From Gemmatimonadales bacterium (GTDB taxonomy: Bacteria > Gemmatimonadota > Gemmatimonadetes > Gemmatimonadales > GWC2-71-9): a stretch of DNA of 45,397 nucleotides. The DNA lies in contig DATLKW010000006.1 in NCBI GenBank assembly GCA_035538175.1, positions 1 through 45,397 of the forward strand, in the 5' to 3' direction. The notes under the pieces are model-generated. The model had not been told where the DNA came from and ran no database searches. It worked only from the letters and a program-made list of their open reading frames with translations. Below are positions 16,376 to 26,219 of the stretch, piece after piece. Within the stretch, counting starts at the first letter, position 1. Each line of letters starts with the position of its first letter. A program made the position numbers and the translations under genes.

Positions 16376-17899
16376 CTAGGGGCGAGACTGCCCGAGCGTG
16401 CTGTGGCGCCGTCCGTACCGGAAATAGATGACCAGCCCGAGCGCCAGCCATACGAACAGGCGGATCCAGGTGTCGAGCGGGAGCGTGAGCATCAGGCCCA
16501 GACAGGTCAGGATGCCGAGGAGCGGGACCAGCGGCACGAAGGGCGTACGGAACGGGCGCTCCAGGTCGGGCCGCGTGTGCCGGAGCACCCACACGCCCGC
16601 GCACACCAGGACGAACGCGAGCAGCGTCCCAATGTTGACCCACGTGCCCAGGAGCTGCAGCGGCAAGAGCCCGGTGGCCACACAGACCGCGATGCCGGTA
16701 TAGATCGTCGAGAGATACGGCGTCCGGAACCGCGGATGGACCCGGCCCGCCCAGTGCCCGAGCAGGCCGTCGCGCGACATCGCGTAGAACACGCGGGACT
16801 GTCCCAGGAGCATCACGAGGATCACCGAGCCGATGCCGAGGACCGCCCCGACGTCGATCGACACCCGGATCCACCAGGATGCCCCGATCCGCTCCAGCGC
16901 GTACGCCATCGGCGCGGGGTTGTTGAGCTCGCCGTAGGGGACGATGCCCACGAGCACGGCCGAGACGACGACGTAGAGCAGCGTGCAGACCGCCAGCGAT
17001 CCGAGAATCCCAATCGGCATGTCGCGCTGGGGGTTCTTCGATTCCTGCGCCGCAGTCGAGACCGTGTCGAAACCGATATAGGCGAAAAACACCAACCCCG
17101 CCCCCCGCAGCACCCCCGACCAGCCGTACGTGCCCCACTCACCGGTGTTCGGGGGGATGAAAGGCCTCCAGTTGGCAGGGTTCACGTGCGACAGGCTCAC
17201 GAGCACCACCAGGAGCACGATCGCGACCTTGAGGATGACGATCACGGTGTTGACCCGCGCCGACTCCCTGATCCCGATCACTAGGACGGCGGACATCGCG
17301 ACCACGATGAGCACGGCCGGGAGGTTGATGAGCGCGCCGGTGAGGTTGAGCCCCGGGTGGGCGCACCCGGCGATGTGAGCGGCGACCTGGGAGGCCGTGC
17401 ACAACTGCGTGGGCGGCGCGGTGAGGGTCGGCGGGATCCGCACCCCGAACAGCGCCAGCAGCGAGACGAAGTGGGCCGACCACCCGACGCCCACGGTCGC
17501 GGCGCCGGCGGCGTACTCGAGCACCAGGTCCCACCCGATGATCCACGCCGCGAACTCGCCCATCGTGGCGTAGGCGTAGGTGTAGGCGCTGCCCGCGACG
17601 GGCACGGCGCTCGCCATCTCGGCGTAACAGAGACCCGCAAACGCGCAGGCGACCCCGACGAGAATCATCGATAGCGGCACCGCCGGCCCGGCGTACAGCG
17701 CGGCGACCTGCCCCGTGATCACGAAGATGCCGGCGCCGATCACGGCGCCGATACCGAGCGTGACGAGATTGAGCGGGCCGAGCGCCCGCGTCAGGGCGTG
17801 GTCGCCCGCCGCCTCCGCCTCGGCGCGGAGGGTCCCGATCGGCTTGGTGGCGAAGAGGGTCACCCCAGCAATCTGCGGGACGGGTGCCTCTCGGCCCAA
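16376..17899 (-). CDS. APC-superfamily amino acid permease (cationic amino acid transporter-like)
   Basis: Matching blocks are LNLVTLGIGAVIGAGIFVITG, FAGLCYAEMASAVPVAGSAYTYAY and FIGFDTVSTAAQESKNPQRDMP. The start is uncertain: TTG 17899 or GTG 17863. Confidence 0.8.
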   Translation of the reverse strand: MGREAPVPQIAGVTLFATKPIGTLRAEAEAAGDHALTRALGPLNLVTLGIGAVIGAGIFVITGQVAALYAGPAVPLSMILVGVACAFAGLCYAEMASAVPVAGSAYTYAYATMGEFAAWIIGWDLVLEYAAGAATVGVGWSAHFVSLLALFGVRIPPTLTAPPTQLCTASQVAAHIAGCAHPGLNLTGALINLPAVLIVVAMSAVLVIGIRESARVNTVIVILKVAIVLLVVLVSLSHVNPANWRPFIPPNTGEWGTYGWSGVLRGAGLVFFAYIGFDTVSTAAQESKNPQRDMPIGILGSLAVCTLLYVVVSAVLVGIVPYGELNNPAPMAYALERIGASWWIRVSIDVGAVLGIGSVILVMLLGQSRVFYAMSRDGLLGHWAGRVHPRFRTPYLSTIYTGIAVCVATGLLPLQLLGTWVNIGTLLAFVLVCAGVWVLRHTRPDLERPFRTPFVPLVPLLGILTCLGLMLTLPLDTWIRLFVWLALGLVIYFRYGRRHSTLGQSRP

Positions 17900-18158
17900 C
17901 GACGCCGGGACGAGCGGGATTCAGAGCGGGACTAACGGCGCCGGGATCAGCCGGCGGTACCTCACCCCGCGCCCGTTCGCGAGACTGACTGGGCGCCAGG
18001 GGTGGAGACGAGCGCTAGATCGCGGGCCGGCCATGATGGCCCCCCGATCAGGCCGGTTCGCAGCTCGGGTGCAGGTTATATCGCCTCGAGCTGGTTTCAG
18101 TGGTACCGCATCCTCACACGCGCTATCGAGCCACACGGGTTCACAGCCGATCCAGGGT

Positions 18159-20189
18159 TCAGTAGGTCTCGAACACGGCGGTGGTGTCCTTCAGCCCCTG
18201 TCGCGCTCGGTAGCGCAGCCACACGCGATTCGGGAAGCGCTCCCGGAGCTCCTCGTTGCGCGGGCCCAGATCGCGGGCGAACACGACGGGGCCGCCGAGC
18301 GAGCCGTCGCTTTCGACGCTCGCCAGCGCAAGGAAGGGAGCGTAGGGTGTGCTGCCGAGGGTATCGCGAGCGATTTCCTCACGACACGCCGGTGTAAGGG
18401 CGCCACCCTGTGTTAAGAAAATTGCTTGGTCGGCCTGAAGGCCCGCCACGGCGTAGAGCGGTGCGCGGGGTCGTGTGGCGGCGATGATGCGGGCGTGGAG
18501 ACTAGCTGTATCGGCGGCCCCCCGGCCCTCCTCGGCATCGAGCGCGGTCTGGAGCTGGCAGGCGTCGGAGCTGGACAACAGCCGGTCGGCGTCGCCGGGG
18601 GTCAGACCGAGGGCGCGGAGGCGCGCGACCAGCCGGGCCCGCCACGCTTCGTGCACGAACACGAGGGCGTGGTGGAGGCGGGCGGCGTCCACCTGCCCCG
18701 CGATGTCGGTCTTCAGCTTGGTGCGGCCTTCGTGGTAATAGGACGCCCGCATCCGCACGCTCGAGACGCCCGTGGGGATGAGCCACGCGCACAGCGCACA
18801 GAGGGGCACGATGAGGAATGTTGCCCGTCGCAGCGTCGCCCCGTGTAGGTGCTGCGCTACGAGCCCGGGGGCGCGGGCGGCGAGGATGACGAATGCCGGT
18901 ACCGCGGTATAGAGAAACCGCGGGCCAGCGAAGAAGCTATCGGCAGCCCAATACGGGGCGTATCCGAGCATGAGGACGCCGATCAGGCCGATGAGCAACG
19001 CGTCCCAGCGGGTCGGCAGGCGCAGCGAGACGAGTGCGGCGACGATGGGGATGAGGCCCGGCAGCGGCCACTCGAACAGATAGCGATTCAGCCGCATCAA
19101 GTTCGCGGACGCGAGGATGACCGCACGCGTCGGTGTAAGCGGGACGCCAAGCGGATCGACGTGAAACCCGAGCTGCTGCCCCGGGCCGTACAACGCTTCG
19201 TAGGCAAACAACAACGGAGCGCCGGTCGTTCGGGCGTTGGCATAGAGCAACCACGACACCGGCAGCGCGCCCGCGGCGACCTGCGCGAGCAGCGACCGCG
19301 CGCGCGCGGGCTCGCGCGCGAGCACCCACAGCTGGAACACCCCGATCAGCACGGCTACCGCGATGGCGTCGAGTGGCCGGATCGTCGCCAGGCCCCCGAC
19401 GGCGAGCCCGATCAACGCTGCCGCCCCCGACGTACGGCGAGGATCCGGCGCCGTGGTCCAGTGCGTCAGCGCGGCGAGGGCGAGCGTGGCGAGTGCGAGC
19501 GAGCCGACATGGTTCATCTCGCTCGCGCCCATGATGAGGACGAACGGCGACAGCGCGAACAGTAGCGCAGCGGCCCGCCCGGCTCCCTCCCCGAACGCCG
19601 CCGCCGCGAAGCGGTACAGGCCGCACGCGGTCACGGCCGTGAGGACCGGATTCACGAGCCACGTGGCCCGGAGCGCCATCCCGAGGGCGAGGAGAGCAGG
19701 GCCGCCGACGGGATACATCGAGTACCAACGGCCCCCGCGATCGAGCACACCGGTGATCGAGAAGAACTCGGGATGTGGTTCCCCGACGGCTGCCAGGTGG
19801 CCGGCAAGGAGAATGCGAGCGTGGAACCGCTGGGCCATCTCGTCTTGCGCAAACGGGGCTCGGGCGAAGCAATAGACGGCGAAGAGGGCGGTGAGCGCGA
19901 GCACCCCGCTCGCCAGGAGCGCCTGGAAGAGGCGCGGCGAGGGTGCCAGGACGGCGCCGACCGCGCGGACGCTCCAGCGATCGAGGCGCTCCCCAAGGAG
20001 CCGCGCGACGACCAGCGCGAGGAGCACACTGCCCCCGCCTACGACCAGCCACCAGCCGACCGCCGCCCCCCACCACGGCACCTGCGGCGTGCCGCTCAGC
20101 ACGTTTGCGACGGGCACGAGCCCGAGGGCCGCGAGCGTCACGGCGGCGCCGAGGGGAGCAAGCCTCGCGGCGCGTGAAGGCTCAGACAT
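18159..20189 (-). CDS. Large polytopic membrane protein, GT-C fold glycosyltransferase-like (ArnT/PMT_2-like), paralog 1
   Basis: 676 aa. The first-loop acidic motif is FAQDEMAQRFHARILLAG, followed by 10 or more TM segments and a roughly 200-aa soluble C-terminal domain. It is alignable with the protein at 23384..25030. Confidence 0.6.
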   Translation of the reverse strand: MSEPSRAARLAPLGAAVTLAALGLVPVANVLSGTPQVPWWGAAVGWWLVVGGGSVLLALVVARLLGERLDRWSVRAVGAVLAPSPRLFQALLASGVLALTALFAVYCFARAPFAQDEMAQRFHARILLAGHLAAVGEPHPEFFSITGVLDRGGRWYSMYPVGGPALLALGMALRATWLVNPVLTAVTACGLYRFAAAAFGEGAGRAAALLFALSPFVLIMGASEMNHVGSLALATLALAALTHWTTAPDPRRTSGAAALIGLAVGGLATIRPLDAIAVAVLIGVFQLWVLAREPARARSLLAQVAAGALPVSWLLYANARTTGAPLLFAYEALYGPGQQLGFHVDPLGVPLTPTRAVILASANLMRLNRYLFEWPLPGLIPIVAALVSLRLPTRWDALLIGLIGVLMLGYAPYWAADSFFAGPRFLYTAVPAFVILAARAPGLVAQHLHGATLRRATFLIVPLCALCAWLIPTGVSSVRMRASYYHEGRTKLKTDIAGQVDAARLHHALVFVHEAWRARLVARLRALGLTPGDADRLLSSSDACQLQTALDAEEGRGAADTASLHARIIAATRPRAPLYAVAGLQADQAIFLTQGGALTPACREEIARDTLGSTPYAPFLALASVESDGSLGGPVVFARDLGPRNEELRERFPNRVWLRYRARQGLKDTTAVFETY

Positions 20190-20322
20190 GATCTCGCTTG
20201 CGCCTCGTGAGGCCGACGCTCCGCAGGGAGCGACGAACGCCGCAGCGCTCGGGGCCGGGTCCCATGCGCTGCAACGCCTTGGCCCAGCGGCGAGCCCACT
20301 CGCCGGCTGGCGACGCAGTCAT
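20182..20322 (-). CDS. Possible small basic protein (46 aa), translationally coupled to the GT-C gene
   Basis: This ORF is not in the track. GGAGGTGG lies 5 nt upstream of ATG 20322. The product is MTASPAGEWARRWAKALQRMGPGPERCGVRRSLRSVGLTRRKRDHV. Its TGA (20182-20184) overlaps ATG 20189 of the downstream gene (CATGTCTGA). Confidence 0.3.
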   Translation of the reverse strand: MTASPAGEWARRWAKALQRMGPGPERCGVRRSLRSVGLTRRKRDHV

Positions 20323-20427
20323 GCGGCCACCTCCCCGAGCGGCCTTACCGACCCCTGGCGCGACGTGTAGCGCTGGCGAGCGGCGGGGGAGCTCGTCACC
20401 GCTGTGCTCGAGCGTCGCGACGGTGCC

Positions 20428-21567
20428 TCACGCCGAACGCACGCTAGCCGCGTACACCGCCACCATCTTGGCGGCAATGGCCGTCCAATCGTAGCGGGCC
20501 GCAGCTGCCTGAAGCGCGCTCCGCGCCGTGGATGGATCGCGTCCGAGCAACCGGTCGCACGCTGCCGCGAGCGCCATGGCATTCGACGCAGCGACGAGCC
20601 CTTTGAGGGGCGTGTCGAGCAGCTCGACCGCCGCATTCTCGGGCTCATCACAGACCACCACCGGGATCCCGCAGGCCCACGCCTCGAGCACGACCGTCCC
20701 GAACCCCTCGCGCTTCGACGGCAATGCCAGCACCCGGCTCGCCTTGAGACGCGCGTACACGTCCTCCGGCGTTCGCAGCTGCCCCGCGAAGCAAATGCAG
20801 CCATCTACCCCTAGCGTCTTCGCCAAGCGCTCCAGATTCTGCCGTTCGGGACCATCGCCGATAATGAGCAACGTCGTGCCCGGCCGCCGGGCGCGCAGGT
20901 AGGGCATCGCTTGGATTAGTAAGTGCACCTGCTTGTGCGCCAGCAGACGCCCTGTGTACACGATATCGGCCGATGCCGGACTCGCGGCCACTACGCCGAT
21001 GCGCCTTGTATCGACTCCGCTCGGCACCACCACGATCCGATCCGGCTGCGCGCCCGCCGCCACCAGACGTCGTTTGGTAAAATCGCTGATGGCCACGATC
21101 GTCGGTGAGCACCGCAGCGCCAGCCGTTCGAAGAACTTCCCAACGATGCCCGCGCGACCGAGGTACTCGTCCCAGTAGTCGCCCCAGTATTCGAGCCAGG
21201 TGACGACAAGAGGGCGCCGCTTGACGAGGCTCAGGAGCCGAGCCACCGGCACGGAGAGGTAGGGGAAGCTCGCAACGTCCCACACATCCTCCTCGCTGCG
21301 GAGCAGCGCCCAGCACAGGCCCGCGGCAAACACGACAGGCTCGAGCAGGCTGCGCCGCCCGCGGCGCGTATAGAGAGGCAGAGCCGGAGCCACGGCCACA
21401 TACCGGCAGTGCGGCAACTGACCACTACGATCCTTGCGCCAGTAGTTCAGCCCGTAGAGCGTGACTTCATTGCCCGCTTGAGCGTGGGCGGCGATTCCGT
21501 ACGTGCGACGTTCGGCCCCTCCCATTACGTACGGGTACACCGCGTCGTAAATCAGTGCGACCCGCAT
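20428..21567 (-). CDS. GT4-family (group 1) glycosyltransferase
   Basis: The N-terminus is MRVALIYDAVYPYVMGGAERRTYGIA. The C-terminal half has ...ICFAGQL...LALPSKREGFGTVVLEAWACGIPVV, the EX7E-type motif. Confidence 0.8.
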   Translation of the reverse strand: MRVALIYDAVYPYVMGGAERRTYGIAAHAQAGNEVTLYGLNYWRKDRSGQLPHCRYVAVAPALPLYTRRGRRSLLEPVVFAAGLCWALLRSEEDVWDVASFPYLSVPVARLLSLVKRRPLVVTWLEYWGDYWDEYLGRAGIVGKFFERLALRCSPTIVAISDFTKRRLVAAGAQPDRIVVVPSGVDTRRIGVVAASPASADIVYTGRLLAHKQVHLLIQAMPYLRARRPGTTLLIIGDGPERQNLERLAKTLGVDGCICFAGQLRTPEDVYARLKASRVLALPSKREGFGTVVLEAWACGIPVVVCDEPENAAVELLDTPLKGLVAASNAMALAAACDRLLGRDPSTARSALQAAAARYDWTAIAAKMVAVYAASVRSA

Positions 21568-21651
21568 CGTCTCGGTTGCGCTGGGCTGGGTCGCCGCCGC
21601 GTCGGCGCCGTCCGGGCTCCGGCCGAGGCACCGCGGCGCCTCGCCACGCTG

Positions 21652-22884
21652 CTACACACTCGAGGCCGGCGTTCTCGTCTTGAGCCGCATGACGTACATG
21701 AGGAAGCTCGCGACCAGTAGCTCCAGCCCGCTCGCGAACAGGGTCGTGGCGAGGGAGAGGTAGGGCACGGCCGCGAGCGCGCCGAAACCCGAGGCGGCCC
21801 AGCGGCCGATCACCGCCGCCCACATCCCGGCCCCGGTCACCGCGAGGAGCATCGCGGCGATCCGCACGGGACCGTCCCCGGCTTGCCCGACCGCCCGCGC
21901 GGCTGAGCTGTGCCGGAATCGCACGCCGATCGACCAGGCAAAAGTCGCAGACACGAGGCCCAGCACCAGGAGCGTCGACCCACCCAAGGCCGCGGCCAGG
22001 CCGGCTAGGTTCGTGTGCACGTCCCATCTCCGAAAGAGCACCGTGCGGGGGCCCGACAACAGGAGAACCTGCAGCGCCGTGCCGAAGAGGTAGGAAAGCA
22101 GCCCCGGCCACAAAAGGAGCGAGGGCGACAAGACCAGCATGTACTCCGTGTGTCGCCACGCGTCCCGCAACGGCCGGAGTTTCGATAGGCCGACGCGTGC
22201 GCTGTAAGGAATGCTTAACTCTTGCACGCGCATTTCTTGATCGAGGGCCTTGACCACCATCTCCGTGGCGAACTCCATGCCCGGCATGCTCAAGCCCAGC
22301 GCAGCCACGCGGTCGCGGCGGATCGCGCGCATGCCGCAATGAATGTCCCGCAAGGGGGCGCCAAACAGGAAGCGCGTCATGCCCGAAAGGACTGGGTTCC
22401 CGAGGTAGCGATTGAGCAGCGGCATCGAGCCACGCTCCATGAGGCCCCCGAACCGGTTCCCCAGTACCACGTCGGCGCCGCCGTCGCGCATCACCCGCAC
22501 GAACTCGCCGACCATCTCCACAGGATAGGTGCCGTCGGCGTCGAGCAGCAGCACGAACTCTCCGAACGCCTCCCGCAGCCCCCGTAGGCAGGCGGCGCCA
22601 TAGCCGCGACGTGCCTCCACGACCACTCGCGCCCCTTCGCGTCGCGCAATCTCCCCAGTGCGATCTGTAGAGCCGTTGTCAATGACTACCACCTCGCCTT
22701 GCAGGGCCTCTCGGGCTAGCGCAGCCCGCGCCCGCTCCACACAGCGAGCGATTGCCGCTTCCTCATTGAGGGCTGGGAAGACGATCGAGACAGTGGGCGC
22801 GTCCTCGTCTCGCCCCACGGGCGCTGCCGAGCTCTGGGCCATCGCGCTCCCCGGCTCAGGGCTGGACTTGAAGGCGAGGCTCAT
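21652..22884 (-). CDS. GT2-family glycosyltransferase with a C-terminal 4-TM domain (polyprenyl-phosphate sugar synthase / DPM1-GtrB-ArnC-like)
   Basis: Matching blocks are VSIVFPALNEEAAI, VVVIDNGSTDRT and LLLDADGTYP (DxD). These are followed by hydrophobic segments. ATG 22884 (MSLAFKS) is preceded by GGGGGAG. The track ORF extends to 22950. Confidence 0.75.
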   Translation of the reverse strand: MSLAFKSSPEPGSAMAQSSAAPVGRDEDAPTVSIVFPALNEEAAIARCVERARAALAREALQGEVVVIDNGSTDRTGEIARREGARVVVEARRGYGAACLRGLREAFGEFVLLLDADGTYPVEMVGEFVRVMRDGGADVVLGNRFGGLMERGSMPLLNRYLGNPVLSGMTRFLFGAPLRDIHCGMRAIRRDRVAALGLSMPGMEFATEMVVKALDQEMRVQELSIPYSARVGLSKLRPLRDAWRHTEYMLVLSPSLLLWPGLLSYLFGTALQVLLLSGPRTVLFRRWDVHTNLAGLAAALGGSTLLVLGLVSATFAWSIGVRFRHSSAARAVGQAGDGPVRIAAMLLAVTGAGMWAAVIGRWAASGFGALAAVPYLSLATTLFASGLELLVASFLMYVMRLKTRTPASSV

Positions 22885-22987
22885 GCGACGCTCCCCCGCG
22901 CGGCTCGCGTGGCGAGCTCGGAGATGGGTGCCCCAGTGCAAAGCCCGCAATCTTATGGAGTACGGAGCTTATAGCAACGGGAATCAT

Positions 22988-23003
22988 GCGTGGTGCACCA
23001 CGC
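22988..23003. promoter_or_regulatory. 16-bp perfect palindrome GCGTGGTGCACCACGC in a divergent intergenic region
   Basis: Read directly from the sequence. It lies about 100 bp upstream of the GT2 gene start, within a roughly 500-bp region with no credible ORF. Confidence 0.4.
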
Positions 23004-23383
23004 CGACGAGGAGTCGGTTTTCAAAGCGTCGCGGTACCTAAAGGGCCATCCCACGGCCAGCAGGTGCACGGCGTCCTCGCGGCCTCAGTCGGCGCGTGGC
23101 GCGCAAGCGGCGAGCGGAGACCAGACGCCTGCCCCCCCGGCCGGGCAGCTGCACTTGTGAAAGGGTGTATGTTCTTTGCATTGGGGTCCGCCCGTATATT
23201 GCCGGGGCCCACGCCCGGGAGCGCGCCTGTGCTCGGTGACGACCGGCAGCACGCCACCCTGCCGAGCGGCGTGTCGCCCGCTCGCTGCGTCCTCTTATCC
23301 CGAGCGTCGCGCACCGGCCACCCGAACGGCGGCCACCGCGGAACCGGGCTCCTGGCACCCGTCTCAGCGCGCCAGCGAGCAGC

Positions 23384-25030
23384 GTGCGCCCCACCCCTGC
23401 CGGGCCGAGGCACTCACGTAGGCTCACATCGCATCTCGTGATCGCAGACCGCGCAACGCGTCTCCTCGAGTCTCGTTGGGCGCCTCTGCTGTGCGGTGTC
23501 GCCACCGCCCTGGTCACATGGTGGGTGTGGGGATCGCTGCGCCAGGTCACGATCGTCGGCGACGAGGCGGCCTACGTTCTCCAGGCCAAGGTGTTTGCCT
23601 CTGGGCGCTGGACCGCGCCCGGCCGTCCGCTGCCCGAGTTCTTCGAGCAGTACCACGTACTCGTCACACCGATCCTGGCGTCCAAGTACTGGCCCGGTCA
23701 CTCGCTCCTCATGGTGCCCGGCATCTGGCTGGGGCTGCCGGGCCTCGTACCGGTGCTGCTCAGTGGCCTGACCGGCGCCCTGTGCTTCGCCCTGGCACGG
23801 CGGCTCGCAAATCCCTGGGTCGCAGCCGTGACGTGGTTCGTCTGGACAACCGCCTCGGGCAACATGCGCTGGCGGGCATCGTATTACTCCGAGGTCACGA
23901 CTGGCGCGCTCTGGCTTGTCGGCTGGTGGGCCTTGCTCGACTGGTACGAGACGGGGCGGCGAGGCGCGCTCCTCACTCTGGCCGCGTGCGTGGGGTGGAG
24001 TGCGGTGACGCGACCGCTCACCGCGCTCGCGTTCGCCATCCCGACCGCCGTCGTCGTCCTGCGGCGCTGCTACGCGCGGCGCACGTGGCGGGATCTCGGG
24101 CTCGCGTTGGCGCTGGGAGGGGTGGTGCTCGGCTTGATCCCCTTGTGGAGTGCCCGCACGACAGGCGATTGGCGCACCACCCCGTATGTCCTCTACGCGC
24201 GGCTCTATTTCCCCCTCACGCTCGACACCACGCCTGAGCGGCCCCTGCCCCCGGACATGCAGAGCTTGCTGGATGGTTTGAATGACCTCGTCCGGGGGCA
24301 TACGCTTCGGGCGCTTCCAACCGAGCTCTTGAAGCGGATTCGCCAGATCGGAGTCGACATGTGGCACGGCTGGCGCCTCCTCCTCCTGCCGTTCGCGATC
24401 ATTGGTCTTTCAGCGCTGCCCGCCGGAGCGAGCTATGGTGTGGCGACGGCGGCGTCCCTCGTCCTTGCCCATCTGTGGATGGCACACTTCCCATCCTGGT
24501 CGCTCTACTACCTCGAGCTGCAGCCCGTGCTGGCGTTCCTCACTGGGCTCGGGGTTGGGGTGGTTGCTCCGCGGCTGACGAAACGGTTGGGCGTCCCAGG
24601 GAGCCGGGTGACCGTGGTACTCTGCTGCAGCGGCGCGCTCGCGCTGTCCTTCCTCGATCTCCGAGCGACGGGTCGCACGCTGGGGAACCGCCAGGCCTAT
24701 TTCCGCAGGTTCGCGGTACTTGTCGAGCGCATTCGCGATCCCGAGGCCATCGTGTTCGTCCGGTACTCTCCCTACCACAATGTCAATGCGAGCTTGATTG
24801 CGAATCGGCCTGACCTGGACCGGGCTCACGCCTGGATCGTCTATGACCGAGGAGCGGACAACTCGCGCCTGATCGCGCTTGCTCCGAGCCGCACGCCGTA
24901 CTTATACGACGAGGCAACAAATAGTCTGTCGGTGCTCCCGCGAGCGACGGCGCCTCACGCCGGTGACGCGCGTCCACCCGTGACGCGCCAGGCGCCCGAC
25001 AAGAACGCTGCAGGAGATGGGCGTCGCTAA
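23384..25030 (+). CDS. Large polytopic membrane protein, GT-C fold glycosyltransferase-like (ArnT/PMT_2-like), paralog 2
   Basis: The first-loop motif is VGDEAAYVLQAKVFASGRW...PLPEFF, which matches QDEMAQRFHARILLAGHL...PHPEFF in paralog 1. It has many TM segments and a soluble C-terminal domain. The start is uncertain: GTG 23384 or GTG 23438. Confidence 0.6.
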   Translation: MRPTPAGPRHSRRLTSHLVIADRATRLLESRWAPLLCGVATALVTWWVWGSLRQVTIVGDEAAYVLQAKVFASGRWTAPGRPLPEFFEQYHVLVTPILASKYWPGHSLLMVPGIWLGLPGLVPVLLSGLTGALCFALARRLANPWVAAVTWFVWTTASGNMRWRASYYSEVTTGALWLVGWWALLDWYETGRRGALLTLAACVGWSAVTRPLTALAFAIPTAVVVLRRCYARRTWRDLGLALALGGVVLGLIPLWSARTTGDWRTTPYVLYARLYFPLTLDTTPERPLPPDMQSLLDGLNDLVRGHTLRALPTELLKRIRQIGVDMWHGWRLLLLPFAIIGLSALPAGASYGVATAASLVLAHLWMAHFPSWSLYYLELQPVLAFLTGLGVGVVAPRLTKRLGVPGSRVTVVLCCSGALALSFLDLRATGRTLGNRQAYFRRFAVLVERIRDPEAIVFVRYSPYHNVNASLIANRPDLDRAHAWIVYDRGADNSRLIALAPSRTPYLYDEATNSLSVLPRATAPHAGDARPPVTRQAPDKNAAGDGRR

Positions 25031-26186
25031 GTTCGCAGGGGACGCGAGCACTGTGGGGCCCGACTCGCCTGGTCCATCCCGCGGACTCGTCGCAGTCAAC
25101 GGTCGGTTCTTGGCGGACCCGGTGACGGGGGTCCAGCGCTACGCGTTCGAGCTCACTCGAGCGTTGGTCGGGGCCCTCGCGCAGCACGGCCGCCGTCTCG
25201 TCGTCCTCGCGCCCAGCGGGGCACTGGCCGACCAGGCGTCTCTCTTGCCGGTGGTCCGGGCGCGGTCGAGGCTCCGGGGCTACGCTTGGGAGCAACTCGC
25301 GCTCCCCAGTATGGTCCGGGAGGTTGGTGCGAGCCTGCTCTGGAGCCCAGCCAACGTGGGTCCCCTCCTCGTACACCGCCAGATCCTCACGATCCACGAC
25401 GCGGCCGTCCTCGCCCACCCTGAATGGTTTGACTGGCGGTTCGCCATGATGAACCGGTTGTTCCTGCCGCGGTTGGCGCGGCGGGTGTGGCACGTCGTCA
25501 CGGACAGCGCTTTCTCCGCGCAGGAGCTCTCGCGTCACGGCGTCGTGACAGCGGACCGGGTGACGGTGATTCCTGCCGGGGCTTCGCACGTGGGCCTAGC
25601 GGCTGGCGCCGTGTCAGGCCCGCGCGGAGACGTGAGCCTCGAGGGTCCCTATCTCCTCTGCGTATCGACGCTTGAGCCCAGAAAGAACCTGGCCCGACTC
25701 CTCAACGCATGGGCCGCGGCGCAAGCGCGGCCCGAACTCGCGGACCATACCCTCGTGATCGTGGGCGTGGCGCAATGGTTGTTCCGGAATACTGCCTTAT
25801 CGGGGACCGCGACCCCACGCGTCCACTTCGCGGGGTATGCGTCCGACGCAGAGCTCGCCCGGTACTACCGGCATGCCCGAGCGGTTGTCTACGTCCCACT
25901 CTATGAGGGGTTCGGCCTGCCCCCGCTTGAGGCAATGGCGGCGCATGTGCCCGTCCTCGTGTCCGACATCCCGCCCTTGCGGGAAGTCTGCGGCGACGCG
26001 GCCCTCTATCGGTCTCCGTGGTCCGTAGAAGCGATCGCCGATGGGCTGAGCGAGATCATCGCGAACACGTCGCTTCGGGCTCGCCTGCGCATGCTCGGCG
26101 ATGCACGCCAAGCCGAGCTTACGTGGGATCGCGCGGCCGAGCAGCTCGGTGGCCTGATCGCCCGTCTCGAAGATTCTCCGCCGTGA
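25017..26186 (+). CDS. GT4-family (group 1) glycosyltransferase, mannosyltransferase-like
   Basis: Matching blocks are VAVNGRFLADPVTGVQRYAFEL, LCVSTLEPRKN and VYVPLYEGFGLPPLEAMAAHVPVLVSD. The start overlaps the preceding gene by 14 nt. Confidence 0.8.
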   Translation: MGVAKFAGDASTVGPDSPGPSRGLVAVNGRFLADPVTGVQRYAFELTRALVGALAQHGRRLVVLAPSGALADQASLLPVVRARSRLRGYAWEQLALPSMVREVGASLLWSPANVGPLLVHRQILTIHDAAVLAHPEWFDWRFAMMNRLFLPRLARRVWHVVTDSAFSAQELSRHGVVTADRVTVIPAGASHVGLAAGAVSGPRGDVSLEGPYLLCVSTLEPRKNLARLLNAWAAAQARPELADHTLVIVGVAQWLFRNTALSGTATPRVHFAGYASDAELARYYRHARAVVYVPLYEGFGLPPLEAMAAHVPVLVSDIPPLREVCGDAALYRSPWSVEAIADGLSEIIANTSLRARLRMLGDARQAELTWDRAAEQLGGLIARLEDSPP

Positions 26187-26219
26187 TCACGCCGGGGAGC
26201 AAGGTTGATCGTCAGCGCG

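Noticed and set aside
17900-18158. A possible riboswitch (lysine, glycine or ZTP) in the roughly 260-nt region upstream of the APC permease. It contains a TATAAC -10-like hexamer (minus strand near 18078) and palindromic segments such as CTGGCGCCCAG and GGCCATGATGGCC.
   Set aside because: I could not match the conserved cores of the lysine (AGAGGNGC...), glycine (GGAGAG...CACCG) or ZTP motifs. The pairings seen are the kind expected by chance in GC-rich DNA. An Infernal scan is needed before any claim.
23362-23378. TGGCAC-ccgtc-TCAGC as a sigma-54 promoter upstream of GT-C paralog 2.
   Set aside because: The -12 GC dinucleotide is displaced by one position relative to the GG, and sigma-54 spacing is strict.
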